Shown: positions 20,950 through 31,011 of the stretch, in pieces
How positions within the stretch are numbered: the first letter of the stretch is position 1
Layout: each line of letters begins with the position of its first letter
Assembly: GCA_965216035.1 (NCBI GenBank)
Contig: CBDCFM010000021.1
Span: forward strand, 4,236 to 68,235
From: Terriglobia bacterium
GTDB lineage: Bacteria; Acidobacteriota; Terriglobia; 20CM-2-55-15
Length of the DNA stretch: 64,000 bases
Direction of reading: 5' to 3'
Position numbers and translations under genes: made by a program
Notes under the pieces: model-generated
What the model saw: only the letters and a program-made list of their open reading frames with translations
Databases searched by the model: none
Told to the model about the DNA's origin: nothing

Positions 20950-22220
20950 CACGGTCCGACTCTCCTGAACTGACCTGGCGTCCGGGGACGGACGCCATTG
21001 GGAAGGCTGCGAACCGTGTGAAGAACGTCGTCGTCCGCACTCCCATGGAGCGCGATGCCAGCCTTTCCGAAGATTACGAAGCCAACGTCCTGCTCAAGCG
21101 AGAAGATCTGCAGGTTGTCCGTTCCTACAAAATTAGGGGCGCCTACAACAAGATCCGCAGTTGTTCGGATGAGGAACTCTCAAGGGGCGTTTCATGTGCA
21201 AGCGCCGGTAACCATGCCCAGGGCGTCGCTTACGCTGCCAAGAGCCTCGGCATTCACGCGACAATCTATATGCCGCTGACCACACCAAGTCAGAAGATTG
21301 AACGCGTGCGTGCGCTTGGCGGATCGAGGGTTGATATCGAGATGGTTGGCGATGTCTTTGACGATGCTGAACGGGAGGCTGTCCGTCGGACGACGTCCGA
21401 CGGTTCCATCTACGTGCACCCGTTTGAGGATCCCATCGTGATCGAAGGTCAGGCAACCGTCGGCATGGAGATGCTCGAAGACGCGGGTCACACCATCGAC
21501 ATCATGTTTGTGCCCGTAGGAGGGGGTGGCCTGGCCGCCGGCGTGGGCAGTTGGGTCAAAGCGAAATCTCCAGAAACCGAGATCATCGGTGTGCAGCCCG
21601 AAGGTGCACCCTCGATGGTCGAAGCATTTCGTGCTGGCCATCCGGTCCAGCTCGAAACGATCGACGTATTCACTGATGGAGCGGCCGTTCAGCGGGTGGG
21701 GGAGTTGACCTACCAGATCTGCAGGGAGGTGCTCGACGAGGTTGTGACCGTTCCTGAAGGACGGTTGTGCGCCACTATTCTCAGCCTTTACAACGATCAT
21801 GGAATCATTGTCGAACCTGCCGGCGCCTTAGCGATTTCCGCGCTCGAAGACTGTCGGGATCGCATCAGGGAAAAGACCGTTGCCTGTCTGATCAGCGGCG
21901 GCAATAACGACTTTCGGAGAATCGAAGAGATCCGAGAGCGAGCGCTGATCTACGAAGGCTTGAAGCACTACTTCATCGTGCGATTCCCGCAGCGTGCCGG
22001 TGCGCTCCGTGAGTTCGTTGTTGATGTCCTGGGACCGGGCGATGACATCACACACTTTTCATACTCCAAAAAGACCGACCGGGACAGGGGCCCCGCGGTG
22101 ATCGGAGTGGAATTGAGAAATAAGGAAGATCTGGAACCTCTGATCCGTCGAATGAAAGGTTCAGGTTTCTTTGGAGAGTACCTGAACGACAGTCCCGACC
22201 TACTCCACTACCTCGTCTAG
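20946..22220 (+). CDS. ilvA: threonine ammonia-lyase (biosynthetic, with C-terminal regulatory domain)
   Basis: PLP-fold threonine dehydratase. It is ATGA-coupled to ilvC. Confidence 0.85.
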   Translation: MTRSDSPELTWRPGTDAIGKAANRVKNVVVRTPMERDASLSEDYEANVLLKREDLQVVRSYKIRGAYNKIRSCSDEELSRGVSCASAGNHAQGVAYAAKSLGIHATIYMPLTTPSQKIERVRALGGSRVDIEMVGDVFDDAEREAVRRTTSDGSIYVHPFEDPIVIEGQATVGMEMLEDAGHTIDIMFVPVGGGGLAAGVGSWVKAKSPETEIIGVQPEGAPSMVEAFRAGHPVQLETIDVFTDGAAVQRVGELTYQICREVLDEVVTVPEGRLCATILSLYNDHGIIVEPAGALAISALEDCRDRIREKTVACLISGGNNDFRRIEEIRERALIYEGLKHYFIVRFPQRAGALREFVVDVLGPGDDITHFSYSKKTDRDRGPAVIGVELRNKEDLEPLIRRMKGSGFFGEYLNDSPDLLHYLV

Positions 22221-22227
22221 AAATGGG

Positions 22228-22289
22228 GTCAGAGCCCTGTTTCGTCTCACGTTTTTTCAACAATTCAATAGGGGAAACAGGGCTCTGAC
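22228..22289. repeat. perfect 16-bp inverted repeat with a ~30-nt loop immediately after ilvA (terminator or REP-like element)
   Basis: GTCAGAGCCCTGTTTC ... GAAACAGGGCTCTGAC, followed by ccattttcg. Confidence 0.35.
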
Positions 22290-22487
22290 GCCATTTTCGA
22301 GGGCCGTTAGCCGGGCATTGAAGGGACTCGGATCAAGATCCTGGAAAAAACCTCCCTTCCACCCGGCTGACAGACAGCAGGGGTGGACGACCTGTGGGAC
22401 AAGACTGTGGAACAGGCTTTTCGAGATATCATTAACGAGGACGGACACGCAACTGGAACACAGTATCGAAAAGGCAGGCCACACCCG

Positions 22488-23387
22488 ATGCCACTTTCTA
22501 AATCGATAGTCACAGCTGAATACGACGTCGTATATCAGGGGCAGCCTGGTGCATTCAGCGAGGATGCCGCTTTCGATTTTGTATCCAGGGATTCCCGGCT
22601 CCTCGGATTAAAGACGCTCCAGGAGGTGTTCGACCGTATCGCTCAGGGTCAGGCCCAGTACGCGGTCATTCCGGTCGAGAACACGCTCGCCGGCCCGATC
22701 GATGAAACATACGATCTGCTTGCACAGAACGATCTGGTCATCATCGACGAGGCCGTGCAGACCATTTCGCATTGCCTGATTGTTCCATCGGGGACGCCGA
22801 TCGAAGACGTCCGGCGGGTCCTATCCCATCCGATCGCGTTGGCCCAGTGCGAGCAATCTTTGAAAACCCAGCTTAAGATGGATCCCGTGCCCGCCTTCGA
22901 CACGGCGGGCGCGGTCGAACTGGTGATCCGAGAGAGGACACCCCATACGGGAGCAATCGGGAGCGCGCGCAGTGCGGCGGTCTACGGTGGAGAGATTTTG
23001 CGGTCGGGAATCCAGGACCATCCCGAAAATTACACACGCTTTCTGCTCATGTGCGCTGATAACAATCTCAAATCGGATAGATCCTCAAGCGATTCACTGA
23101 AGACCAGCATTTGTTTTCAGGTGCCGCATTCCGAGCGGCGAGACTCGGGCGTACTCCGGCCGTTTGTCGAGGGCGGGATTCCGCTGACCAACGTCGTGTC
23201 ACGGCCTGTCCAGGGGTCCGATTCCGAGTCGGTCTATCATGTGGATTTTATTGGCACGATGGAGAGCCCCGGAGTCGGGAAGGCGATTGCAGAGCTTAGA
23301 CGGGGATTGCGTGCCGTGAAAGTGATCGGAACCTATCCCCTGCGTGTTGCGACGATCCGAGAGGTCGTTCGTAGCGGTTTACCTTAA
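22488..23387 (+). CDS. pheA: prephenate dehydratase (PDT plus ACT domains, no chorismate mutase domain)
   Basis: AVIPVENTLAGPIDETYDLL ... C-terminal ACT domain. The start is set at the internal ATG (MPLSKS). Confidence 0.8.
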   Translation: MPLSKSIVTAEYDVVYQGQPGAFSEDAAFDFVSRDSRLLGLKTLQEVFDRIAQGQAQYAVIPVENTLAGPIDETYDLLAQNDLVIIDEAVQTISHCLIVPSGTPIEDVRRVLSHPIALAQCEQSLKTQLKMDPVPAFDTAGAVELVIRERTPHTGAIGSARSAAVYGGEILRSGIQDHPENYTRFLLMCADNNLKSDRSSSDSLKTSICFQVPHSERRDSGVLRPFVEGGIPLTNVVSRPVQGSDSESVYHVDFIGTMESPGVGKAIAELRRGLRAVKVIGTYPLRVATIREVVRSGLP

Positions 23388-23440
23388 ACCCCGTCGGGAC
23401 CACCTCAAGCACGCGGCGGTATAACGAGTAGAAGCACTGC

Positions 23441-24253
23441 ATGGATATTGAAGCGAATGCCGTCCTTATTCAAAAGATTGAGGTTGCCCCAGGGCTAGCG
23501 ATCTTTCGAGTCGTACCCGAGGGCTGGAACCTGTCTGATTTTGTGCCTGGACAGTTCGCGGTCTTGGGACTTCCCGGCAGCGCTCCACGCTGTGACGGAT
23601 GTGATCCTGAAGAGAAAGCAGTCCAAGCCGACAAGCTGGTCAAGCGTGCGTTCTCGATCGCCTCATCGCCGTCAGCGAAAGAATACATGGAGTTCTACGT
23701 CGTTCTGGTTCCTGCTGGCGCCCTCACCCCCCGTTTGTTCGCGCTGTCGGGCGGAGATCGACTGTGGTTGTCGCCGAAGGTTACCGGCAATTTTACGCTC
23801 GAGAATACGCCCTCCGAAAAGCACGTCGTACTGATCTCCACGGGCACCGGCCTCGCTCCCTATGTCAGTATGCTTCGAACCCAACTGACATGCGGAGACA
23901 CGCGAAAGTTTGCCATCCTCCACGGCGTTCGTCATTCGTGGGATTTGGGCTACCGAAGTGAGCTGATGGCTTTGAACAGGATGTGCCCCAACTTCACCTA
24001 CATTCCCATTATCAGCCGACCTAAAGAAGAAGCCGCTCCCTGGGGCGGTGCGACCGGTTATGTTCAGGACCTCTGGGGAAGCCCGGCTCTAACAGACGCC
24101 TGGGGACTGAACCCGTCACCCGAAGACACGCACGTCTTCGTCTGTGGCAATCCGGCCATGATCGAGGACGTGGTGGAGATATTGGAAGGGGAAGGATTTC
24201 GGGAACATAAAAAGAAAGCCCCGGGCCAGATTCACACCGAAAAATACTGGTAG
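23441..24253 (+). CDS. fpr: ferredoxin-NADP+ reductase (bacterial Fpr type)
   Basis: RAFSIASSP FAD site, ISTGTGLAP NAD(P) site, and C-terminal ...EKYW. Confidence 0.8.
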   Translation: MDIEANAVLIQKIEVAPGLAIFRVVPEGWNLSDFVPGQFAVLGLPGSAPRCDGCDPEEKAVQADKLVKRAFSIASSPSAKEYMEFYVVLVPAGALTPRLFALSGGDRLWLSPKVTGNFTLENTPSEKHVVLISTGTGLAPYVSMLRTQLTCGDTRKFAILHGVRHSWDLGYRSELMALNRMCPNFTYIPIISRPKEEAAPWGGATGYVQDLWGSPALTDAWGLNPSPEDTHVFVCGNPAMIEDVVEILEGEGFREHKKKAPGQIHTEKYW

Positions 24254-24359
24254 CTGTAGGGAATGTCGCCTCCCGGAGACGGCATATAAACGGCAAGCGA
24301 CAGAACAGTCAAGAGGCACGCACCTACGTTTTAAGAAATAGTCACCGGAAGTGAAGGCG

Positions 24360-24512
24360 TCAGAATGGAGCCGTCACAGCACGAGCCAACCCGCCGCCCA
24401 AACTCTTGAAGAATCTGCCGACCTTCTGAGTCCACATGTCGCGGATGTCCTCGTTGGAAAGCATGCTTCGGTAGTTGTGCGAGTTCCATGAGGGGAACCA
24501 GACTGTATTGAG
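24360..24512 (-). pseudogene. displaced original C-terminal coding segment (about 50 codons) of the ABC1/UbiB-like kinase gene, cut off by the IS21-family insertion
   Basis: It is in frame with 27471..29162 once 24513..27465 plus one TTGAG copy is removed. The duplicated Leu codon sits at both junctions. Confidence 0.45.
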
Positions 24513-24700
24513 TGCGTATTCCGGACCATCCTGAACACTGATTCCGATCCATCGTGAACACCGATTCCGGGATCGTGAACGCGGATTCCGGGATCCTGAA
24601 CAGTGATTCCGGTGATCCTGAACACCGATTCCGGCCATCGTGATCACTCGTCGGTAGCGAAGTTTGGAGCTTTTAGGTTCTCCTGAAGCACAGGAGGGCC

Positions 24701-26260
24701 TTGATGGCAACGAAACGACTACCGATGAGACAGATACGCGAGATTCTACGACTCAAACACGACCAACAGCTCAGCCACCGGGCGATCGCCAGCGCATGTC
24801 GCGTGGGCTTGGGCACCGTTGCGGACTACTTGGGACGGGCCAAGCAGGCCGGACTGGAATGGCCGCTGCCCGAAGACCTGGACGAGGCAGCGCTTGAAGC
24901 GCGGCTGTTTCCCCGCGCGGGACCGGGCTCCCGGGAACGGGTGGCTCCGGATGTAGAACGGATCCACCAGGAGTTGAAGCGTGTTGGAGTCACCCTGCAC
25001 CTGCTGTGGGAAGAGTACCGAGAAGCGAATCCAAAGGGATATGCCTACAGCCAGTTCTGTGAGATCTACCGGCGTTGGGCCCAGAAATTGAAGCCCTCGA
25101 TGCGACAGGTGCACCGCGCCGGAGAGAAGACCTTCATCGACTTTTCCGGCAAACGGCCACAGCTGACGGATCCACGGACGGGCAAAGCTATTCCAGTCGA
25201 GTTGTTCGTCGCTGTTCTGGGCGCCAGCGGTTACACCTACGCGGAAGCGACACCGAGCCAGAAACTCCCCGATTGGGTCGGCGTGCATATCCGCATGGTG
25301 GAGTTCTTCGGCGGATCGAGCCGGATCTGGGTTCCCGACCAACTCAAGAGTGCCATTACCCAGCCCTGCCGCTATGAAGCAGGCGTCAACCGTACCTACC
25401 AGGATGAGGCCGAACACTACGGCGCCGTTGTCATACCGGCCCGACCGCGGAAAGCTCGGGACAAAGCGAAAGTTGAATCGACCGTCCTGGTCGCACAGCG
25501 GTGGATCCTGGCCAGGATCCGGAATCGCACGTTCTTCAGTCTGGCCGACTTGAACGGAGCCATTCGAGAGTTGCTGGTGGAACTGAACCAGCGGCCGATG
25601 CAGAAGCTTCGAGTATCCCGCCTGGAACTCTACGAGCGGCTGGATCGACCGGCATTACAGCCCCTCCCGACCAACCGGTATGAACAGGCCGAGTGGAAGG
25701 ACTGTCGTGTCAGCATCGATTACCACATTACCGTGGACCGCCATCCTTACAGCGTGCCCTGCCAGTTGATCCATGAGAGGGTGGAAGCACGTTACACGGC
25801 GTCCATTGTCGAGGTCTACTACAAAGGCCGGCGCGTGACGTCCCATCGCCGTCGCTACGATCACAAGCCGTCGACTCTGTCCGAACATATGCCCAGTGCC
25901 CATCGGGCCCATGCGGAATGGACACCGTCCCGGCTGATTAGTTGGGCGGAGAAAACTGGCCCCAAGACCGGCCGCCTGGTCGAGGAGATCATGAAACGGT
26001 GGCCGCATCCGGAACAGGGGTACCGGGCCTGCCTGGGATTGATGAGTCTAGGTCGCCGCTCCGGCGCCGAGCGGCTCGAAGCCGCCAGTGCGCGGGCGCT
26101 GCACTTGCAGTCCTATAGCTACCGCACCGTCAAGAACATCCTGTCGTCGGCCCAGGACCGGTTGCCTTTCGGGGACACCGAAACCCCACCGACGCCCCAT
26201 CACGACAACATTCGCGGCGCCGCCTACTATGCGGACCCCGAGGAGACGCACTCATGCTAA
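24701..26260 (+). CDS. istA: IS21-family transposase IstA
   Basis: N-terminal HTH MRQIREILRLKHDQQLSHRAIASA and the IstA integrase core, 519 aa. Confidence 0.85.
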   Translation: MMATKRLPMRQIREILRLKHDQQLSHRAIASACRVGLGTVADYLGRAKQAGLEWPLPEDLDEAALEARLFPRAGPGSRERVAPDVERIHQELKRVGVTLHLLWEEYREANPKGYAYSQFCEIYRRWAQKLKPSMRQVHRAGEKTFIDFSGKRPQLTDPRTGKAIPVELFVAVLGASGYTYAEATPSQKLPDWVGVHIRMVEFFGGSSRIWVPDQLKSAITQPCRYEAGVNRTYQDEAEHYGAVVIPARPRKARDKAKVESTVLVAQRWILARIRNRTFFSLADLNGAIRELLVELNQRPMQKLRVSRLELYERLDRPALQPLPTNRYEQAEWKDCRVSIDYHITVDRHPYSVPCQLIHERVEARYTASIVEVYYKGRRVTSHRRRYDHKPSTLSEHMPSAHRAHAEWTPSRLISWAEKTGPKTGRLVEEIMKRWPHPEQGYRACLGLMSLGRRSGAERLEAASARALHLQSYSYRTVKNILSSAQDRLPFGDTETPPTPHHDNIRGAAYYADPEETHSC

Positions 26261-27012
26261 TGGAACAAACCCTGGAGAAGATGAACCAGATGAAGCTATC
26301 GGCCATGGTCGAGGCCCTGGAGCAGCAACGCCGCTCGAATCAGTACACGGATCTCGGCTTCGAGGAACGTCTGGGCCTACTGGTGGATGAGGAGTGGACG
26401 GCCCGGGAGCACCGCAAGCTCACCCGACGCCTGCGCGCGGCGAAGCTGCGCGACGCGACGGCATCGCTGGAAAACGTCGACTTCAAACATCGTCGCCGTC
26501 TGGACCGTTCCCAAGTCCTCGCCCTGGGCTCCTGCGGGTGGATCCAAGACCGGCACAATCTTCTCATCACCGGTCCGACCGGCATCGGAAAGAGTTTTCT
26601 GGCTTCGGCTTTCGTCGAACGCGCCTGCCGGCGGGGTTTTAACGCCACCTACGTCCGCATGCCTCGGCTCTTGCACCAACTGGCGGTCGGCCGTGGCGAC
26701 GGCTCCTACACCCGAGTCCTGGCCCGTCTGGCCAAAACCGATCTGCTGGCCATCGACGACTGGCTCCTGGCCCCGCTGCGCGACGCTGAACGCCGGGACC
26801 TGATCGAAGTCGTCGAGGAACGGAGCGAACGTTCCGCCATCTTGATCGCCAGCCAGCTCCCGGTCCCCGACTGGCACGGCGTCATTGGCGACCCGAACCA
26901 GGCCGACGCCATCTGCGATCGCCTCCTCCACAATGCGCACCGTATCGAACTGAAAGGGGCATTGATGCGGCAAACCAAGACCCAACCCAAGACGTTGAAG
27001 GAGTCCCGATGA
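26254..27012 (+). CDS. istB: IS21-family helper ATPase IstB
   Basis: Walker A LLITGPTGIGKSFLA. It overlaps the end of istA. Confidence 0.85.
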   Translation: MLMEQTLEKMNQMKLSAMVEALEQQRRSNQYTDLGFEERLGLLVDEEWTAREHRKLTRRLRAAKLRDATASLENVDFKHRRRLDRSQVLALGSCGWIQDRHNLLITGPTGIGKSFLASAFVERACRRGFNATYVRMPRLLHQLAVGRGDGSYTRVLARLAKTDLLAIDDWLLAPLRDAERRDLIEVVEERSERSAILIASQLPVPDWHGVIGDPNQADAICDRLLHNAHRIELKGALMRQTKTQPKTLKESR

Positions 27013-27401
27013 TCGGCGCACCGATGCATCCACACGCCGCCGCCAGGGGGTACTCCAGGCCGGCCCCGGACCCAATCGTCGCTCCTGCGCAATCCTCGCG
27101 CGAAGGAAGTGCGGGAATCCGGGTCCGGGCGCGGAACGCGCGCCTCACGCAGGGCACGGGGCCTGTGGAAACTGCCGCAGCCGTGCAAATGGGAATGGTG
27201 GCCTTCGGCCGACTTTCTCTTGATCATTTCCACCGCTGCTTGCAAAAGCCTCCGCAAAAAACGCTCCCGGCTTTCGCACAGTTACACACAGGCCGGCGGC
27301 GATTTATCACAATAATTTTGGAAAGGACTAAAACAGAGAAAACCTGGACTCTGAAAGGAATAAACTGAGACGCTAACCCGTCGCTTCGCTCCGGCGAGTG
27401 T

Positions 27402-29162
27402 TCACGATGGCCGGAATCGGTGTTCATGATTCCGGAACTGGTGTTCACGATCAGCGGAATACCCATTGAGCACGTGCTTGGGGAATTCCCTCCAGACCAA
27501 AGCCCTCGCCCGATCCAACATGTATTCATCCTGATCGAAATCGGGATCCAGTTCCAGCAGGATGCCCGCGATGGTGATCTGTGACTTAATAAAGAGCGCA
27601 ATGTTGAAGCGGGTTTGAAATCCGGCTGTGGCCAGGTCAACGATCAGCCTCTGAAGGGTCGGGAATACCTCGGACTTCTGCCCCACCGCTCGGTCCACGA
27701 TTTCACCTATCTTTTCGTGTTCTGCAGCAGACGCCGGTGGCCATTCCTCAATCAGCGCCCCCACATTATTCACGATACGCTTGGTGTTTCCGAGATGGAC
27801 TCCGAGGACCAGTTGAACGAGTTGTGCTCGCTGCGCCCGAGGGAAACTGCCGTAGAGTCCCCAATCCAAAAGGGCAATTTGGTACGGATTCGAGGCGTCT
27901 TCAGAAACATGGAAGACGTTGCCGGCGTGGGGATCACCGTGGAAGATGGCCTCTTCTGCTGAGGAAAATATTACATCGACCGTGAGAACGTCACTTAGAC
28001 GCTGGGCCATTTCCTTACGGTCACCCGGCTGGCCGGTGTGCGCATCCGTGATCTTATTTCCAGGGACAAACTCCATCGCTGTCACGTTTGGTGTTGAAAG
28101 CGGGTACAGATGAGGTACCCGGACTGCGGGGTTGCCGGCGTAGTAGGTTTCGGCCAAAGCCAAGTTCCGCTGCTCATCCACAATGCGGATTTCGCTCGAG
28201 AGTGCTGTTTTGACATCCCGAAAGGTGTCGGAGAGCGGAATGTCGCCAAGACCGTAGGCGCTGCTGTTTTCCTCGAAGAACAGGGAGAGTTGATCGAGTA
28301 TTTCAAGTTCCCGCGGCAGCGATTCCAGGACGTAGGGCTTGACGACCTTGAAAACGATATCTTCTTCGCTTTCTCTCTCTGCCTGGATGAGGGTGGCGCG
28401 GATCACGGCTCCGACGCTGGCTTCGGCCAAGATATCTTCAGCGAATCGGACTTGAAATGTGTCGATAGCTTCTTGACCGATGTCCTCCTCGATCAATCCG
28501 ACTATTTCTTCAGGATCTGAAGTCGCAATGCCGTTTTCCAGGGTCTGCAAAGCCATGCGGAGGTCCGGCGACAGGTCTGGATTACGAGCCAGAATCTGAC
28601 CAATCTTTTGCAGCGAGGGTGTCCTGTCAGTGAACTTGAGCAGCCGGTCTGCCCTGCCCGTACCTGCGGGCAGATAGGTCAAGTTTAAAATTCGCTCGAA
28701 AATCCGTTCGTCGCCCAACCCATCCAGGAAAAACAAGAGTGAATCGTGGACAACGGGAATCCAATCTGATGCGCTACCCGGGACAAGGTCGAGAATACTG
28801 GAATGGTGGATCAGCAATTCCAGAATCTCCCTACGGAACGGTTCCAGGTCGAGTGATCGAAGCAAGGTCAAGGCTTCAGAACGATGTACTTGCGGCGTAG
28901 TCCCGGCTGAGCGAGGACTGAGGAACTGCTGAACTATCGCCTGAGATTCGACATCCAATTCCGGCAGCAATGTATTCAGCAGACGGATGCCTGCCAGGTC
29001 GGCGTCGAAACGTGTGTAATGGGCGGGTGGCGTCGGCAGCTCCAGGTCGGCACCATCCGCCATGGGAGCGAGGCACAGGAGGGGGAGGATTACAGCATTT
29101 GAAAGAAATCGTCGCGTCATTAGTCGGTTTTTACAAAAACAACGGAAAGTCTTCCTCTGCAT
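27402..29162 (-). CDS. ABC1/UbiB-family atypical protein kinase; the last ~21 codons and the stop are derived from the IS21 end
   Basis: Kinase-like motifs KVVKP, HGDPHAGNV and LDWG. The N-terminus looks like a signal peptide (MTRRFLSNAVILPLLCLAPMA). Confidence 0.7.
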   Translation of the reverse strand: MQRKTFRCFCKNRLMTRRFLSNAVILPLLCLAPMADGADLELPTPPAHYTRFDADLAGIRLLNTLLPELDVESQAIVQQFLSPRSAGTTPQVHRSEALTLLRSLDLEPFRREILELLIHHSSILDLVPGSASDWIPVVHDSLLFFLDGLGDERIFERILNLTYLPAGTGRADRLLKFTDRTPSLQKIGQILARNPDLSPDLRMALQTLENGIATSDPEEIVGLIEEDIGQEAIDTFQVRFAEDILAEASVGAVIRATLIQAERESEEDIVFKVVKPYVLESLPRELEILDQLSLFFEENSSAYGLGDIPLSDTFRDVKTALSSEIRIVDEQRNLALAETYYAGNPAVRVPHLYPLSTPNVTAMEFVPGNKITDAHTGQPGDRKEMAQRLSDVLTVDVIFSSAEEAIFHGDPHAGNVFHVSEDASNPYQIALLDWGLYGSFPRAQRAQLVQLVLGVHLGNTKRIVNNVGALIEEWPPASAAEHEKIGEIVDRAVGQKSEVFPTLQRLIVDLATAGFQTRFNIALFIKSQITIAGILLELDPDFDQDEYMLDRARALVWREFPKHVLNGYSADREHQFRNHEHRFRPS

Positions 29163-29670
29163 TCGACCTGAAGAACCAGAGGCTCGCCCGGTTGCTGTGT
29201 GATCCGATTCGTTCTTAGACCCACCTTAGATCCACAAGAAACCGCGGCTTCTGCCCCTCCAGAGTAACGCTAGGGAGGATCTCGTCGGCGAGTTGGGCGA
29301 TTGATGTATTGCGTGCACTCGCAGAAAACTTTGCTGAAAGTCCCCGCCAGCAGCGTTCTCCAGTGACCCCGAATCCTGGGTGGGTTCCGGCGGGAAGTCC
29401 AGCCACCTCTCGTGTTCGACCCACACGATCCACTCATCAGTGATAGTCATCATTGTGCCTCGTATAGGCACTGTCAACCAAACTTTAAGCACAGTTTCTC
29501 TACGAGAAAACGATGTCGGGCGCTTCCTGTCAGCACATTGAGAAAGTCGCCCGGATCCCCGCCGCGGACGATGAAGCTCAGGTCAAGGTGGAGAACGAGC
29601 GGGCCCAGCGCAACCGACCTGTGCGGCTGCTATTCCCACGGACAGCCCGAAACCTGTAGTATCCGGTCTG

Positions 29671-30951
29671 ATGACAGCGATCATACAACCGACTGCGGAG
29701 GACCTTATCGAGGATCTGCGCGAAGCGCGTGAGAGAGAGCTTACGCTCTTCACGGATCTCTCCGAGGCGCAATTGTTGGGTCCGAAGGATCACTTCCTCG
29801 AACCTCCAATCTGGGAAGCAGGTCACGTCGGCTGGTTTCAGGACTACTGGATCCTCCGGAACCTCGGGAAGGCGACACCAATTCTCGAAGACGGGGACGA
29901 TATTTACGATGCGTTCAACGTGTCTTACAAGAGTCGCTGGGATCACGACTACATGTCACGTGACCAGACGCTGGATTATCTACACACCGTCCTCGATCGC
30001 TCGATCGCCCGCCTGGAGGGACGCGACACCAATGAGACGGAGAGATACTTCTATTGGTTGACGACACAACACGAATACATGCACTCGGAAAACCTTTGTA
30101 TGGTGCGGCAGACCCTGGGATACCCCAGACCGAAGTTTACAGAGATAGCCGTTTTGCCGGACCCGAGCTTCGAACCCGGGGATGTGGAGATTCCAGGCGG
30201 AACGTATTCCCATGGGGCCAGGAGCGATGATTGCTTCGTCTTCGACAACGAAAAATGGGCACACGAAATCGAGATCACTCCATTCCGTATTGCCAACGCG
30301 CCCGTGACGAACGCCGAGTTTCTTCGCTTCGTCGATGCTGGAGGATACGGTGTGAGGCGGTTCTGGGGGAAGCACGGTTGGGAGTGGCGCCGCCGGGAAG
30401 GCGCAACCCGTCCGTTGTTCTGGCGCAAGTCGAACCGCGGTTGGGTACAGAAACGATTCGACGGTAGCTTTCCGCTGAGGCCGAACGATCCGGTCGTGCA
30501 CATCAACTGGTATGAGGCACGGGCGTATTGTGCGTGGTCCGGTCGCAGGCTTCCGACCGAGTCTGAATGGGAAGTGACTGCCGCAGGCTATGAGAAGCGT
30601 CGGTTCCCGTGGGGCGGGGAGCCCCCGAGGGTGGAGCACGCCAATCTGGATTGGAACCATCTGGATGTCGTGGATGTCAGCGCCTATCCGGAAGGGGACA
30701 GTGCTTTTGGCTGCCGACAGATGATTGGCAACATCTGGGAATGGACCGACAGCGTGCTGGAACCGTACCCGGGGTTTTCGCCGGACCCGTATAAGGAGTA
30801 TTCCCAGCCTTGTTTTGGGCAGAAGCCTGTCCTTCGCGGAGGCGGGTTCGCGTCGCGTTCCAAGATGATCCGAAACACCTGGCGGAACTTCTTCATGCGG
30901 CATCGCCGCAACATTGTCGCCGGATTTCGAACCTGCGCCCTGCAGGGCTGA
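29671..30951 (+). CDS. EgtB-like sulfoxide synthase (DinB_2 N-domain plus FGE-sulfatase C-domain non-heme iron enzyme)
   Basis: HVGWFQDYW and HEYMHSEN iron-ligand motifs, and a C-terminal FGE-sulfatase domain (RGGGFASR...), 426 aa. Confidence 0.7.
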   Translation: MTAIIQPTAEDLIEDLREARERELTLFTDLSEAQLLGPKDHFLEPPIWEAGHVGWFQDYWILRNLGKATPILEDGDDIYDAFNVSYKSRWDHDYMSRDQTLDYLHTVLDRSIARLEGRDTNETERYFYWLTTQHEYMHSENLCMVRQTLGYPRPKFTEIAVLPDPSFEPGDVEIPGGTYSHGARSDDCFVFDNEKWAHEIEITPFRIANAPVTNAEFLRFVDAGGYGVRRFWGKHGWEWRRREGATRPLFWRKSNRGWVQKRFDGSFPLRPNDPVVHINWYEARAYCAWSGRRLPTESEWEVTAAGYEKRRFPWGGEPPRVEHANLDWNHLDVVDVSAYPEGDSAFGCRQMIGNIWEWTDSVLEPYPGFSPDPYKEYSQPCFGQKPVLRGGGFASRSKMIRNTWRNFFMRHRRNIVAGFRTCALQG

Positions 30952-31011
30952 TGCGATTGACTCCCATCCCCGTTCGTACGGGAAGCCGTCCCTCCGATGC
31001 CGCCGTTTAAG

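Larger units (their letters stand above)
24513..27465 (+). mobile_element. IS21-family insertion sequence (istA-istB) with multi-repeat termini and 5-bp target duplication TTGAG
   Basis: Termini are TGCGTATTCCGG... and ...GCGGAATACCCA (its reverse complement is TGGGTATTCCGC). Six tandem ~21-22-bp repeats at the left end are mirrored by three at the right end. TTGAG occurs at 24508-24512 and 27466-27470. Confidence 0.8.

Noticed and set aside
24525-24650. Six tandem ~21-22-bp repeats (ATTCCGG..ATC.TGAACAC.G), at first glance VNTR- or CRISPR-like
   Set aside because: There are no unique spacers, and the same repeat occurs in inverted orientation at 27393-27465. They are the multi-repeat terminal regions typical of IS21-family elements flanking istA/istB.
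27013-27392. ORF 27009..27368 (+) in the non-coding tail of the IS21 element as a passenger gene
   Set aside because: There is no family resemblance and the composition is Ala/Arg/Pro-rich. It is treated as non-coding IS DNA.
29226-29492. 88-aa minus-strand ORF (MMTITDEWIVWVEHERW...) with a GAGG Shine-Dalgarno upstream of the EgtB-like gene
   Set aside because: Its second half is low-complexity and it has no recognisable family, so it was not promoted to a feature.
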